A stretch of DNA of 63,503 nucleotides, filler included, from Neolecta irregularis DAH-3 (taxonomy: Eukaryota): assembly GCA_001929475.1 (NCBI GenBank). It is 17 parts of 17 records of this genome, joined end to end, with 100 filler letters (N's around TTAATTAATTAA, not from the genome) between each part and the next. Parts side by side here need not be neighbours in the genome. Positions count along the whole stretch, not along the records: positions 24,300 to 25,827 come from LXFE01001491.1; positions 25,928 to 27,744 come from LXFE01001493.1; positions 27,845 to 33,845 come from LXFE01001494.1; positions 33,946 to 35,027 come from LXFE01001495.1; positions 35,128 to 37,072 come from LXFE01001497.1; positions 37,173 to 40,251 come from LXFE01001500.1; 11 more parts are not named here. One strand, given 5' to 3'. Shown here piece by piece: positions 25,514-38,454 of this stretch; positions within the stretch are counted from its first letter, which is position 1; each line of letters starts with the position of its first letter. Position numbers and translations under genes: made by a program. The notes under the pieces were generated by a model. It worked only from the letters and a program-made list of their open reading frames with translations. It did no database searches and was not told the origin of the DNA.

Positions 25514-25927
25514 TATGTCTGTAAGGGTATACGGTTTGGTTTACCTTACATGCATGACATGGATAAATGGTATACATATTTGTATACCTTAAATGCAGGA
25601 GAAGGATCAAGCAAGGATAATGCGCAGGAACTATGCAATAGTTAAGTAATTATGTATAATATATCAAGGGAGTGGTCAGGGGCTATCCTGGTAAGGTTCT
25701 CGTATCTCAAGCTAGAAATAAATCCTAGTCTTATTCATACTTGTCACCGAGGAGAGGTGATCTATGTGGCAGTGAGTCGTCACTAACAAGATCTTATTCT
25801 CCATACCTATGTGGCAGTGAGTCGTCANNNNNNNNNNNNNNNNNNNNNNNNNNNNNNNNNNNNNNNNNNNNTTAATTAATTAANNNNNNNNNNNNNNNNN
25901 NNNNNNNNNNNNNNNNNNNNNNNNNNN

Positions 25928-26796
25928 GCTGTGTTCATTCGTAGATACTGGATGTGATTTGAGTTCACTGCTGATAAGGCTACTGTAGCCACGCGGATCA
26001 ACGACGAAGAAGTCCTGGCGCGTGACGTTGCCACTAGAACATTCATCGTTGAGAATGGCGAAATCTAGCGAGGATTTTAATGCAGGCCGAGAATACTCAA
26101 AATCAAAATTCCAATACTCAGTCGCATGTTGAATCGGTGTTTCTGCCAGCCAACCAAAAAGACTTAAACCTTGGGATACCGAAATACCCTTGGTATGATT
26201 GACTATACCTTGTTGATCATCAGTTGTTTCTCATAGAACTTTGAGTTATACCTGCGAACTTACTAGCCGCGTCCCATGCTGAATCATATCGTTTTTGCTC
26301 CGTCGTGAATAATGGACTTCTCTCGTGATCATAGTATGCAGTGACATCAGAATAATTTGAGTATGTTATAGAAAGATTCCTTCGATGTCAGGATAACAAA
26401 ATTACAAGGCTCACCATTTTTTTGCCAACTCCCATATTGGATTGTCTACAATTCCTTGAACCCTACTCTGTTAGACTATTTGAAATTTCTTTGACTTTCC
26501 AGTTGGCACCTAGCTCTATTGTATGGTTTGCAAAGGTTGTGCTCTGTAACCGGCCCCCAAGCATATCTCTACCCTCGACAAGTACAATATCATTCAGGCC
26601 TGATAGGCGATCAACGTTAAACAATACAATGGATATACAGACCAAGGTTTTGGAAGCGCTCTAGAGCAAACACTCCAGCCAGTCCACCACCGAGAATAAC
26701 CACAGATGTTTCAATTTCTTCTGTAACCGGAAGACCTGAAAGTGGCAATGAATAAAGCAATTGGTTCGTAGTGAGGATCAAAGCCAAAGACATCAT
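25928..26796 (-). CDS. Flavin-containing amine/polyamine oxidase, 5' part (truncated by gap)
   Basis: VVILGGGLAGV (FAD-binding), LVEGRDMLGGRL, IELGANW and EYWNFDFEYS motifs. Confidence 0.85.
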
Positions 26797-28006
26797 TGTT
26801 AAGCAGATTCTTGAGGGTCAGGCTGTAATACATTTTTCTACTGTTTAGCCCTGATAGCAAGATCCGAGAATGCAACGTTGTACAGTAGTACATGTTGGTA
26901 TAACCCGATGTTATTTGTGTAACATTGTGAGTAGCTATTGATAACACACTAAGGTTCTCTGGAGGACCAAACCAGCAGTGCTCCAAATACCCCACCTGTT
27001 GCTGCAGACTATATAACATTATGAGCTTGTCATTGTAGAAGATGCAAGTACGTGCAATATATTTACACCCTGATTACCCCCACCCCCCTTACCCCTGTAA
27101 TTAACCACCATACTTCCTTATAGCATATACAGCATAATAAGCATAATAATTACCACATATTTGCTTACAGCTCTCCCCTTTCTATTTCTGACAATCTTTC
27201 TTTGTATGTTAACATCATCTGTGAAGGCTGAGATATCTGATTCTTTTATCCATGGGTTCTGTGTGGTTTGATTTTGTTTGGAAAGGATAGGACTACTTGG
27301 ATCGAATCGATGATTATGGCCTTGATGATTTCATGAGGCCCGCCCGAGGTGGTCATATACCAACGTCCCAGTTTCTGGTGTTAATAGGGACAGGAAAGGA
27401 AGGGTAAGCTTTGTTCGTTGATGACTGCTTGTAATCATAGCTGTCTAACATGGATGCCATAAGTAGTTTGCAACCAGCGGTCTCAAAAGATGCCATCGAC
27501 AGCAAAACCGACGACTGGACGTTTTCCCTTTATAACGCTTTCCTTCTGCCTCAGCGACTTATTTTGTCTTTTTATCGCGTTGGTCTTATCGTTCCGCTTT
27601 TTCTTCCGCGGCTCGAACATCTAGCCATTCGACTGTGGCTTCTAGTTCCTTTTTCGCGGCTCCAAAGTTTGGGCTTGGTTTATCAAGGGCTGCGAGGACG
27701 ACGATGCGATTCTGCATGATTTCGTGCGAGTTTGCAGAGGAAAGNNNNNNNNNNNNNNNNNNNNNNNNNNNNNNNNNNNNNNNNNNNNTTAATTAATTAA
27801 NNNNNNNNNNNNNNNNNNNNNNNNNNNNNNNNNNNNNNNNNNNNAGGACTTTTGGACAATGAGATTTCTTTCGGATAATGTTTGTGATATAATTTAAAAA
27901 TGGTCAGGGTTATTGTGTTTTGTTCATACGACGAAGAAAGTCCGTAACAGTTCAAAAAAGAGACTGAATGAATCACGATAGTATTAGAAAAAAGAAACAT
28001 TTTAAC

Positions 28007-29293
28007 TTAAAAATCGAATATCCAGTTTTCGTCGTTGAATACTTCGATTGGACCCTGGGGGCTTTCTTGCGCATTGTCAAACCGCAATTCTGCCTCCTTG
28101 ACATGGTCTTTTGCAGCTTCGAACCGACATAGTATTCCAAGTGATTCGAGATAATCTTGTTCATCGCAAAGCCATTTGAGTTGATCCCGGAAATCAGGCC
28201 TTTGTATGTCTGTTTCCGCCAGATGATTCTCATACCAAACCGTGCCCCGCGGCTCGTGATTGATCGTCAAGGTTTCCAATTTGAGTTTTGTACGAATGGT
28301 TCGAAGAAAATCGCGATCGTAACCATAATATGAAGTGATTGTGAGATGCTTAAGATCCAGATGCTGAGCCAAAATTCGACTTGCAAGAACCTCAAGTCTA
28401 TTCAACGCTGGTGATTTGATTCGAGGATCTATAACTTCTCGTTCTAACCATTCGTAGTTGACAATAAGACGTTGGAGATGAGGTAATAACGGTCCGGTGA
28501 GCAATTCCGTCAGAACTGATTGTGCTGACCTCTTCAACCCGACACGTTGCAATGAAAATGTCTTCCAAGAAATAGGGTTTCCAACAGATGAGATGCATCG
28601 TAGTAGAGACCTTGCATCGAGACAATTCTCTAGTCGAACAAGCTCAAGCCGGGATAAAATATCTGTCTCGATGAATTCGAAAGCAACATCCACAAGTAAT
28701 CCTTCAACATACGCAAAGTCAACAGATAACTCACACATATTCGAGATTGAGACAGATTTTCGGATCTCCGGAATAGCGGACGAGACCCTATCTTTGATAC
28801 TTTGTTCCCATTCAGACTGATCTGATTCATCTGCTTCACGAAGCACAATACGAATCACCATGTGATTTGAATTTGCTAGTATTTTTAGAAGCGTTCGCTC
28901 GTAACCTGGATATCGAAGATACGAAACTCGAATAACGACTGTTTTAATTCGTTCAGTACGCTCAGGGACCGCTGAGAAAGATTCGAAAAAGCGATCGTAC
29001 CTTGATGGGGTTGCATAATCCGCAGCTGACATCAGCTGCACCCAGTCAAACGTCTGCCAGATTGGCAGACTTAGAACAATTTTACGCCACTTGGAGCACA
29101 CTGCAGATAGTATGGAAAACATCGGGATATATTTCGTTCTTCCTTTGATTGTAATTTCTGTAAATTGAACATCAGACAAATCTTGTCGATTTGTGATATT
29201 GAAGGTACAGCGAGGTTCAAGGAAGGAGAGGATTCGTATGATAACATCATCAGATAAGTCGTTGAATGGATATAATGGGGATGCAAGAAGCAT
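28007..29293 (-). CDS. F-box protein, intronless
   Basis: N-terminal FNDLSDDVIIRILSFL...LSAVCSKWRKIV..LPIW F-box, followed by LRR-like Leu-rich segments. Confidence 0.8.
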   Translation of the reverse strand: MLLASPLYPFNDLSDDVIIRILSFLEPRCTFNITNRQDLSDVQFTEITIKGRTKYIPMFSILSAVCSKWRKIVLSLPIWQTFDWVQLMSAADYATPSRYDRFFESFSAVPERTERIKTVVIRVSYLRYPGYERTLLKILANSNHMVIRIVLREADESDQSEWEQSIKDRVSSAIPEIRKSVSISNMCELSVDFAYVEGLLVDVAFEFIETDILSRLELVRLENCLDARSLLRCISSVGNPISWKTFSLQRVGLKRSAQSVLTELLTGPLLPHLQRLIVNYEWLEREVIDPRIKSPALNRLEVLASRILAQHLDLKHLTITSYYGYDRDFLRTIRTKLKLETLTINHEPRGTVWYENHLAETDIQRPDFRDQLKWLCDEQDYLESLGILCRFEAAKDHVKEAELRFDNAQESPQGPIEVFNDENWIFDF

Positions 29294-29371
29294 CTAGAAG
29301 AATTAATAAACGCTTTCAGTAGTATGACGCTGTACCGTCTGTTCAATTTCAGAGGGTATTCGCGAGCGTAA

Positions 29372-29640
29372 TCGTGGCTCCCTAAGAAGTAAGAGATTCA
29401 CACTCGTAAAGACAATGCAATGTTAGAGAACGACCGGATGAAAAGAAGGAGCAAGCCGACTCTCTTGCACCAAGTTCTGTGATGAGGTTTNNNNNNNNNN
29501 CAGCCTAACTTGGTGATCGTGGCTCCCTAAGAAGTAAGAGATTCACACTCGTAAAGACAATGCAATGTCCGGCAGAGAACGACCGGATGAAAAGAAGGAG
29601 CAAGCCGACTCTCTTGCACCAAGTTCTGTGATGAGGTTTG
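29372..29640. repeat. ~120-bp direct repeat on both sides of an N10 gap
   Basis: atcgtggctccctaagaag...gatgaggttt is present before and after the gap, with a small indel difference. Confidence 0.8.
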
Positions 29641-30391
29641 TCGAAATAACTCCATTATTCACTGCTAAAATCCTTAGCGCAACGCTATAATATCACCACA
29701 CAGTCATGATAATCATGGTGTCAGATAACAACAATAGTGCGTATTCTCATACTCACTCTAAACGAATAACAAGCAAGGAATTCGTACGTAGTGTTGCGGG
29801 GGTAAGGGTGCGAGTATGGAACATTTGCGCTTCGGTATATATCAACATTGTTTCGGATTTCGACTTGGCTTACCAAATATCGCGTAAGCAATGCTTCAAG
29901 GTTTAAGGTATGATTCTTAAGATCAAAAAATCGCCATTTACTTGGACGGTTGGTCAGCACACAAGAAATTATTGATAAACAATAATGTAATTTCAACCTC
30001 AACAAAATGTGAGTGTCTAGACTTGCCGCTCAGGAAGATTCGTTGGGAATATACGATCGCGATTTAAAGGCAACTACGTATATTATTGCTCCGGTTTGCC
30101 TGGCTTGCTAATCAAGCCAGGCCCTACTTATGCACATGCGCCTTCATCTCTGTTTGTCTCCCTGCCTACCTCTCTGGTGGCAAAGTTTGTGATCGTCCTG
30201 ACTTGGCTCGGTGGTACTGCTCGCCACAGTCAGGCTGCTTTGGTCGGCGTCAGTGAGTCTTGAACCGTTGGAGTAGTCATGGTGGCTTGCGGGGCGCCGA
30301 TGCTATCTGATCGTGGGGCACAATCAAGTCCTCACACAAAAGAGGAGTAAATCTCATACTAGCCGCACGAGTGAACAATTCTATTGCTGAA

Positions 30392-31483
30392 CTACCAATC
30401 CGCACCCCAACCGTCATTCGTCTTGGCCTTCCCCACCTTCAGGTCTTCATTCTTGCTAGAGTTAACATAGTTTACTGAATCGAGTTGTGAGTCATGCTGT
30501 TGAGGGGTTGCAGTGCTCCGTCCAATGGATGTACCATCCACTAAGCCTCTCGCTGTCTGTATACCGTACTTCCCAGTCTCTTGAACCACGTTCCCAAAGT
30601 TTGAAAGAACGCGACGAGCGTCATTGTGCAATTCAGGATCGGATAATTTCTGCATGCCGGGCTGGACAACTTTTTCATTTATATTTTTAGCTTGAGTAGA
30701 AATGACATTGCTTAAAAAACCCCAACCCTTCGATAATGCAGCCAACGGATCTTGAGTGAACTCATCAACTGAAGGAGCTTGGGGCATAGGTGTAGTCACA
30801 GATATGGGCTCAGATCCGAATCCCGTATATTTCCCACCTTGGGACGGTGGAACAGTATCCGATCGTCGTGAGTTTTCTAATCCGAGACTTGTAAAATATG
30901 CCTCATTCCGATTGTTAGGTTGGGAATTGGGAGTTCTTGATCGTGATATTGGAGTTGGATTACGATTGCATGGCTCTTTAGGTTTTCTTGCAATTTTAGT
31001 CCAGCTTCTACCTTCAGCTTCGGCTTCTAACTGTCCCAGGGTGTTCAGTCATGTCATGAGATCAACATACCTTTTCTCGATAGTCCTCCGCAAAATCGGA
31101 GCTATATTTATCTTTGATGGACCTAACCCTCAATCGGATCCTCAGCATTAAAACCTTACATAGAGCTCAAATATTCCGGACTTTGTTCAAAGAATTCCAG
31201 GACTTTTGCGTTTCCACCAATCTATGTACAAATCAATAACATATTGAATTACAAAAACAGATACCTCCATCTTTTTAACTTGTGCATCACTCCAGGTGTC
31301 CATCGTAACACTTCGTACGAAGCTGATATGGGTACCAAGGGAGCGATGTTGCCCGCTACACTCCAGACATATGAATATTCCGTAAGATATGCTTGCCCAT
31401 TGAGGCGCAGGCGCACCGCAATCGGCACACTTCCCGTTGGTAGGTATCTTTTGTAATTGTTGCAAGGTTTCCTTATTTGACAT
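30392..31483 (-). CDS. GCS1: ADP-ribosylation factor GTPase-activating protein, Gcs1/ArfGAP1 type
   Basis: [66 protein letters not shown]. Confidence 0.93.
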
Positions 31484-31607
31484 GTTGACAATTATGGGCG
31501 ATTTGATATCAGGACAATTTGGAGGTCTATCGCAAAGCCTTATTTTGAATCTGACACGTGAAAATATTGACTACATTCGATCAGTTACTGTACCTTAGTT
31601 TGCTGCA

Positions 31608-33845
31608 ATGGCCGCAGACCGCATTTGGGAAGCTCCAGAATTTGACTTGGAGAATATTGATAGTCTTACCGAAGATGATCTGGTATGCTTCAATTGTCAA
31701 GTACTGCATCATGGCTAGCAATACCAAAACATGAAGGATGCCGTAATCTTTGCAATTCATGTGTCCGATTCAATGCTTAATACCTCGGAATCGCAGCCGG
31801 TAAGTCCTCTCCGGATAGCTCTGGACAGCGCGTATAAGTTTATGTTGCAAAAAGTTATCTCAAGTCCCAATGACATGGTCGGAATCCTGTTATTCGGAAC
31901 CGTATGGATGCTCTTCCTTCAAATGAAATAAGAGAGTCAGGAGCAGACGAGGCCAAAATCTAACAACAAGAATGAACAGGGGATGTACCTTCTTATGGAG
32001 CTTGATCAGATGGACGCGCCTCGAATACACTTTTTGAAGGACCTTCTTGAAGGTACACTCATTGACCGAGTCGCATTTCTAAAGGAATTCAGACGACACA
32101 GAACTCTCTTCAATAGCTAGACCGACTGGAGAGCCGTTCTATATCGCATATCTTCTGTCAAGTGTCAGTAACATATTCAGTACGGCACCAAATTACAACT
32201 CAAAACGACTGTTTCTCGTAACGGACAATGATAATCCAATGCCTGGAAATGAAAAGGCCAAAATGGCCGCTATAACTCGCGGGAAGGACTTCAGTGACCT
32301 TGGTATACGCATTGAACCATTTTTCATCTCTACAGTTGAGAAATTATTCGATTCTAGCAAATTCTACGAAAATATTATATACCCTGATCCAGATAACGAC
32401 GAGGACGACGATCTCGAGGACGCTGTATTTAGATTTGAACACCTTTTCGATAGGATCAGGTCGAAGCAAACACCTCGAAGAATTCTATTTGATGTGCCGC
32501 TGGAGCTGGGATCAGGTTTCAGAATCGGGGTGAATGGATACCTGAGACACAAGAAACAACTGGTAGCGAAGAGTTGTAACGTTTATACAAAAGGCGAAGT
32601 AGCTGTTCAGGTGGCTACGGAGACAATCAGAATATCTGCTGTACGTTCCTTGAGTAGGTTCATATTGAATACAGGATACTACAAAGGTCTTGACACCAGA
32701 AGAGATTAAGCTGGCTTTCCCGTTTGGGCACAAAGATGTTATGGTGCCAGTATTTTCGCTTGTTTATTCTATTCCAACGCGCTAGATTGTATTTACTGCT
32801 GAAGAGTTGAAGAAGCTTCGTACTTTTAGAGATCCAGGTATGTCTCAATTGCCTAGGAGAGGTCCTCAATCTAAGTCATTAAAATTCTCTGTTTCAGGCC
32901 ACTCTCGCACCTGGAACCATGGCAAAATACAAGACCAAGTTACTTTCTCTACCCAAATGAAACAAAATACATCGGCAGCATTCGCACATTTGCGGCACTC
33001 CATTATAAGCTCATTCATTATCGCAAAAAACAGGATGGGTTTGATGAGAACACAAATGAAGTGATTGACTACGGCTACGAACGCGGAATGGCTATTGTTC
33101 TTTTCATACCCCGTCGAAATTCAAATCCTGTACTTGGAGCACTGATCCCCTGTGAAGAAATAAAATTAAAGAACGGGATGCAAAAACAACCCGCTGGAAT
33201 ATATTTAATTCCACTTCCATTTCGGGATGATATTCGAGACCTTCCGGCCGAAGGGATGGAACATGCCCCAGAGGTCTTGATTGAGAGAATGAGGGACATT
33301 CTCAATGGGCTTGTTATCAGATACGAGCCTTCGAAATACTCAAATCCTGGTCATCCAGTTCTGGTAATTACTCGGCTGATATTGCAGGCCTGCAACGACA
33401 TTATCAGGTTCTCCAAGCCATGGCACTAGAGGAAGAACCTCCCGCGAATATTGAAGATTCTACACTTCCAAAATATAAAATCATCAAAAAGGTAGAACTG
33501 CATTGTTCAAACTGTCTGATAAGTGCCAGAGAACAGGGCCTCTGATTGCAACATGGAAATCTGAATTAGATAAACATGTACCAGTAACTAGTACCCACTC
33601 ACAACCGGAAGTACGCAGGCTCACTAACCGCGAAATGCCACTAAAAACATAGTTGGTCCCCGGAAAAAAGCCCAAGGCTGAGAAGGTGGCTATTAGCCTG
33701 AGCCAAGTTGACTTAAAGACTATGATCAACACCGGCACGCTTAATAAGGTCTAGTTTCTGTAAAGCCGAAGCTAACATATGTAGTTAACCGTTGTTCAAC
33801 TAAAGATAGCACTGCAAGAACTTGGCGTTTCTGTATCCGGTTTAA
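31608..33845 (+). CDS. KU70: Ku70 DNA end-binding protein (vWA, core, SAP); end truncated by gap
   Basis: KDAVIFAIHVSDSML, KVISSPNDMVGILLFGT, KRLFLVTDNDNP, LIPLPFRDDIR, YSNP.LQ.HY..LQAMAL; SAP-like LTVVQLK. Confidence 0.93.
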
Positions 33846-33945
33846 NNNNNNNNNNNNNNNNNNNNNNNNNNNNNNNNNNNNNNNNNNNNTTAATTAATTA
33901 ANNNNNNNNNNNNNNNNNNNNNNNNNNNNNNNNNNNNNNNNNNNN

Positions 33946-35027
33946 TATAAGAGAGCAATCGCTTAACAATATTTGATATCTTTATGTTATTAAGAATGTG
34001 TAATGGACTTTCACTAATAACGGTATCAATATATAAACAACTATTTTTAAGAAATACAAACTTAAATTGTTTATTACTACTCCAAGAAATAAATCTATCT
34101 GGGTAGGTGTTAGCTTTGTTAACTCGGAAAGAGGAGGAGGTATCATACCATTTCTTCTGCTTCTTAGAAATCTTTTTAGACTTCTTATTAACAGGAGTCT
34201 TCCCCTGAGGACCCTTGCCTTTGCCTTTGCCGGGACCGGCTTTTGGCTTGGGCTTGGGCTTACCTTTGGGGCCCTTCTTCTTTCCTCCATCATTCTTTTT
34301 CTTCAAGGCCTTTTCCAGCGTCGCCAAACGTTTATTGGTTGAAGAGAGTTGATCTTTCAAAATCTCTTCAACGGTCCTGGAGACCTTCTTGGCTGCCATG
34401 CGTGCCTCAGCTAGGTTATTAGTCTTACCTCTAAGAGAATGTCTAATACCTTCGGCTTTTTTATCAGCCTTGAGCTTGTTGTTAATGGTACGCATGGCTA
34501 TGATGGAAGCCAAGTCTTGACGAGTGTGGATTAGCGCCTCGTCTAGATGTTTCCTGGCAAGGATACTTTCTGCTTGCCAGGCACCCCCGAACAGGCCAAT
34601 TTCTCTGCCCTCCAATGAAACGACGTACTCCTGAAAGTACTGATCAATACCTCTTCTTACAGAGGCATCATGGAGGGCCGAGCGAATTCGATTGACATGT
34701 CCAGTGGTCTCAGTGATGAGACGCACTAATTCATCATCCTTTGCCTTTTTAAGGCTAGGATTTTGCGGGGCGGGTCTGGATGGGCAATCACTATCATCAT
34801 CGATATCCATTGCCTCATCCACTGCCACAGGTATACTAGTCTTCACCTGGGCAAACTTTCTGTGAAAAGAATTAGGGTAAGTCCCGTCATCTCTGTGTTT
34901 AAGCAGAGATTTCAGGGCCCCATTCTTTTCGTCGAGTTCAAGCCAATACTTCTTGAAAGACTCAACCACTGCCCACATAAGGCCTCCAAAGACCTTATTG
35001 ACAGTGCCTTTCCATAACACCTTGCCT
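33946..35027 (-). mobile_element. Fragment of a long intronless ORF, probably retroelement-derived (Penelope-like N-terminal region?)
   Basis: The ORF spans the whole contig: coiled-coil, Lys/Gly-rich basic tract, then an H.L....I......LL motif at the gap. No RT motif is visible. Confidence 0.4.
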
Positions 35028-36337
35028 NNNNNNNNNNNNNNNNNNNNNNNNNNNNNNNNNNNNNNNNNNNNTTAATTAATTAANNNNNNNNNNNNNNNNN
35101 NNNNNNNNNNNNNNNNNNNNNNNNNNNGGCGTCCTTTTAACACTGAAGAGTCATCTGGAGGTGTGTGTGAGCTATTCATAATGTTCCTGTACATAGTCAA
35201 AGGTCTTTGTTGATACCTGAGCAGAACAAGACGTCATAAATCAGCAAACTTGTTTGCAGCTGTAAGTTTTCTTGTGCAACCTGACCAGAAAGTACCACAA
35301 GTTCCGGACATTTTAAACGGAGACCAACATTCGGAGTAAGTCTGAGTAAGTCCGTTACGAGTGCACATTGGAAAGAAATCTTGAATGCAATTGTGTAAGC
35401 TATGCGCTTAGAAGTACGATAAGACCAAGTGTTATAACTAGCCTAAGTAGACATACTTCCATGAGGGGAACATACCTAACCTAAGTAGACGTACTTGGCT
35501 AATGCTGTGTTTGGTGCGCGCCAAATTTCATTAAATGTGACTTGAAAAAATTCAAATTTTAGTAGCGCGTTTGGTGCGCTCCACATTTTATCCTTGTAAA
35601 AAAATCTATAGTGGTAGCCGAGCAGAGAGGCTGGAAATTGAGCCAAGGGGCGGAAGCCGCTCATGGGCCAGATGCGTCCTAAGAGCTGTCTCGGAGTCTA
35701 CAGTCAAAAGTTGAGACTAGAAAGCAAGAGAAAGGAGAAATTGCACCATTCTGGACCTCTGTTGATTGTCTCTCAGCTCCAAAATTATCCCAGATCAACG
35801 TGTTTTGGACCTGGAGATGCCAGTTGGATGTCTTGCAATTCCAAAATTATGTCTCAGATTCACTCTCTGGAAACTGCAGTCTCAACTATCGAGCCTTATT
35901 CTGTAGTCAAAATGTCTCGGTGACAGCCACAGATGGAACATGTTTGACCCAGTATGCATGAAATGGGCGTTCCTTTGTCATTTCTGCAGTTTGAATTCTC
36001 TCCGCTGACACTAAACAATGCTGTAGGTACTCTCGGAACACCGCCAACCGCCAACAAATACAGATGGTGATAGTCAGCTTGTCCATGTCATTAACGCGCG
36101 ATCCGCATCGGATGCCGCAAATGAGTATATAGGACTCGATGCAGTAAGACAGAGAATGAAACTTGGTATCCGTCATAGAGCCAATGAACAGGAGCGAATA
36201 ACGCCACAGTAAGTACTATATAAAAACAGCTGTTTCCGATAAACGGGTCCAATACAAGTAATTGTCTGAAGCTATACGACAACTAGCCTACCTAAGCCTA
36301 CCCGAGTGACGATCAAGGTCAACACATCTAACTCACA

Positions 36338-37072
36338 ATGGGACACGTCTTCTTGTTCTTTTATGCCGTTATTTCGATTGCTGGAGCCCACTTACTACAG
36401 GACTACTTTGTTCATGGAGAATCTCTTACTCTTATTTCCCCCAGTAACCCTGCGGTTCTTGCAAACTATCAGCTTAGGCAGACAGCAGGGGATCATGATC
36501 GCTGTGCTCAACTGTGTCTAAAAATCGGTACCATTTCCATTCGAGATACTTCACTGATATCGTCCAGAATCTTGCCAAGCTTTCCAAATATTCAAAACCT
36601 CCAATCAGCCAACTCCATGGGTCCAAACCTTTTCTTGTCAATTATTATCGAGCGTTCCTGATCGTTCTGAGAACCCTGCTAGTTTTCGGTCAATACAACT
36701 GCAATATTATGCGCAATATAAGCGTTCCAAGATCATTGGTGAATTGTCACTTAAAGGCCATTTCGAAGTTATTCCCAGTGAGCAGTTTGTGCTGGTGTCC
36801 GAAAACGAACACGAAGCTTTAGGGTCTGTGTCCGAAATTCGGGACTCTTTTGATCATGATTCTTGTGCTGAAGCTTGTCTTTCTAGATGTAAGAAGCACG
36901 CAACCCCGCACGATTTGCTAACACGTAGATGATTGTCGTGCTTTTCAGTTATCAAGAGACATTCTTTTGGCACAAAGAGATCCGTGGCTCACTCTCTCGC
37001 GTTGCTTGATACTTTCCTATATACCCAAACCCAGCGATATCACACCTGAGGATCGATTATTTCACAATAAAA
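36338..37072 (+). CDS. Secreted Cys-containing repeat protein (PAN/Apple-like repeats?), truncated
   Basis: Signal peptide MGHVFLFFYAVISIAGA; repeated DHDRCAQLCL and DHDSCAEACL..CRAF motifs. Confidence 0.55.
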
Positions 37073-37498
37073 NNNNNNNNNNNNNNNNNNNNNNNNNNNN
37101 NNNNNNNNNNNNNNNNTTAATTAATTAANNNNNNNNNNNNNNNNNNNNNNNNNNNNNNNNNNNNNNNNNNNNTACTGAGAGCCGTGTATTTGCTATTCTT
37201 TGGTTGCTTCTTGGCGTTCGAAAACATGTCCGTGATATTCTTTCGGGGAATGGGATTAGACAGACGGATTGCTGCCGTTCTGCCAAAATGAAACACTGGA
37301 GAATACTTTTTTTGAGAGTTTGGGGTTTACTGAAGGCGGGGATGTGTTTTCGTTCAACAGAATATCCAGTATGCGTTTTTGAAAGGATAAATATACACAG
37401 TTTATGGGAACTATGAGCGCCGAAATCGGGTTATGGGATAGACTAGAGATGAGACATAGATCTCCACTTCTCTTTGTAACAGACTCAAAAGGTTTCCT

Positions 37499-38335
37499 CT
37501 AATACATCATCTGTAGTTGTAGAATGTACTGGTCTTGCCACGTTCGATTGCTCCATTCTGTGAAATTTAACTTACGAATCATTCTCCACGCTGAAGATTC
37601 ATCAACACACCGCACCATCCACCTTGACCTCTGTAGAAAATGTGCTCTAGTCAATTCAGATCTCAAATAAAGACACGACATACGGAGGTAACTTGTGGAA
37701 AGCGAGTCGAGGATCACTCAATACTCCGAAACCATTTAATGCGTGAAATAGTTCTGCGGCAGTCACCTTCACCGGCAGTCCAGTCAAAAGGACATTGACA
37801 CTGCCTTCCACAGCAGAGAGATATTCGCTTCGAGGCTCACTACCTCGAGGGTTCTCAATGAATGTTAGTTGTCATTAATAAGAGATCACATACGGTAGGA
37901 AGGACTTGTCTCCCATCTAGCCAATGGGGAGCCGCCAGCTCAAATTTTTTCAAATCTTCTACTGAGTTGAACTTTGCATATAATTGATTTTTACTGGAGC
38001 AAGTTTTGGGAGATCTATCGGTCCAGACTGTTCACTGTTATTCTGATGTCAATAAAAAGGGAATTACCATCGACTATTCCCTGGCCAAGCCTCTTTATAT
38101 CCCCTGGAAGACACGTCTGGTTAATCTGTTTTATCAAAACAATGGGTTGAGTGACTTTTTCTGGCAGGGAATTCACTATGTTAAATTTCGAAGGTGGTAA
38201 GGGAAGAGGTTTGAGAAATGTTTTGATTGGTTCCCATTTTCGTGGCGGTATGAGATTCATTCTAGGGGCTGTAGAATAGGTTAATTGGCGGACGTAAAAA
38301 GTGGTAGATATTAAGCGACAGATGATTTTTGACAT
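37499..38335 (-). CDS. Hypothetical protein with a mitochondrial-presequence-like N-terminus and RRM-like segments, multi-exon
   Basis: MSKIICRLISTTFYVRQ presequence-like start; VLLTGLP and SRWMVRCVDESSAWRMIRKLN segments; introns with GT/AG signals. Confidence 0.55.
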
Positions 38336-38454
38336 TAGGTGTGGTCGGGCTCGTTGAACGCCAGAATTCTTTTGGCGGTTAGAATCAACTGGGTGACTGT
38401 AGAGTATCTCCTTTCAAATTGAACAAGAGATAATCCACAATTAGGACATATCAG

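Noticed and set aside
27450..27744. Minus-strand charged coiled-coil frame with TAA stops
   Set aside because: Probably decayed coding or TE sequence, but no family can be assigned
22864..29293. SDR, GT25, amine oxidase and F-box genes as a metabolic cluster
   Set aside because: The genes lie on separate contigs joined by artificial linkers, and there is no backbone enzyme
29372..29640. Direct repeat as an LTR pair
   Set aside because: The copies flank an N10 gap with almost nothing between them and lack TG..CA ends; an unmerged overlap is more likely
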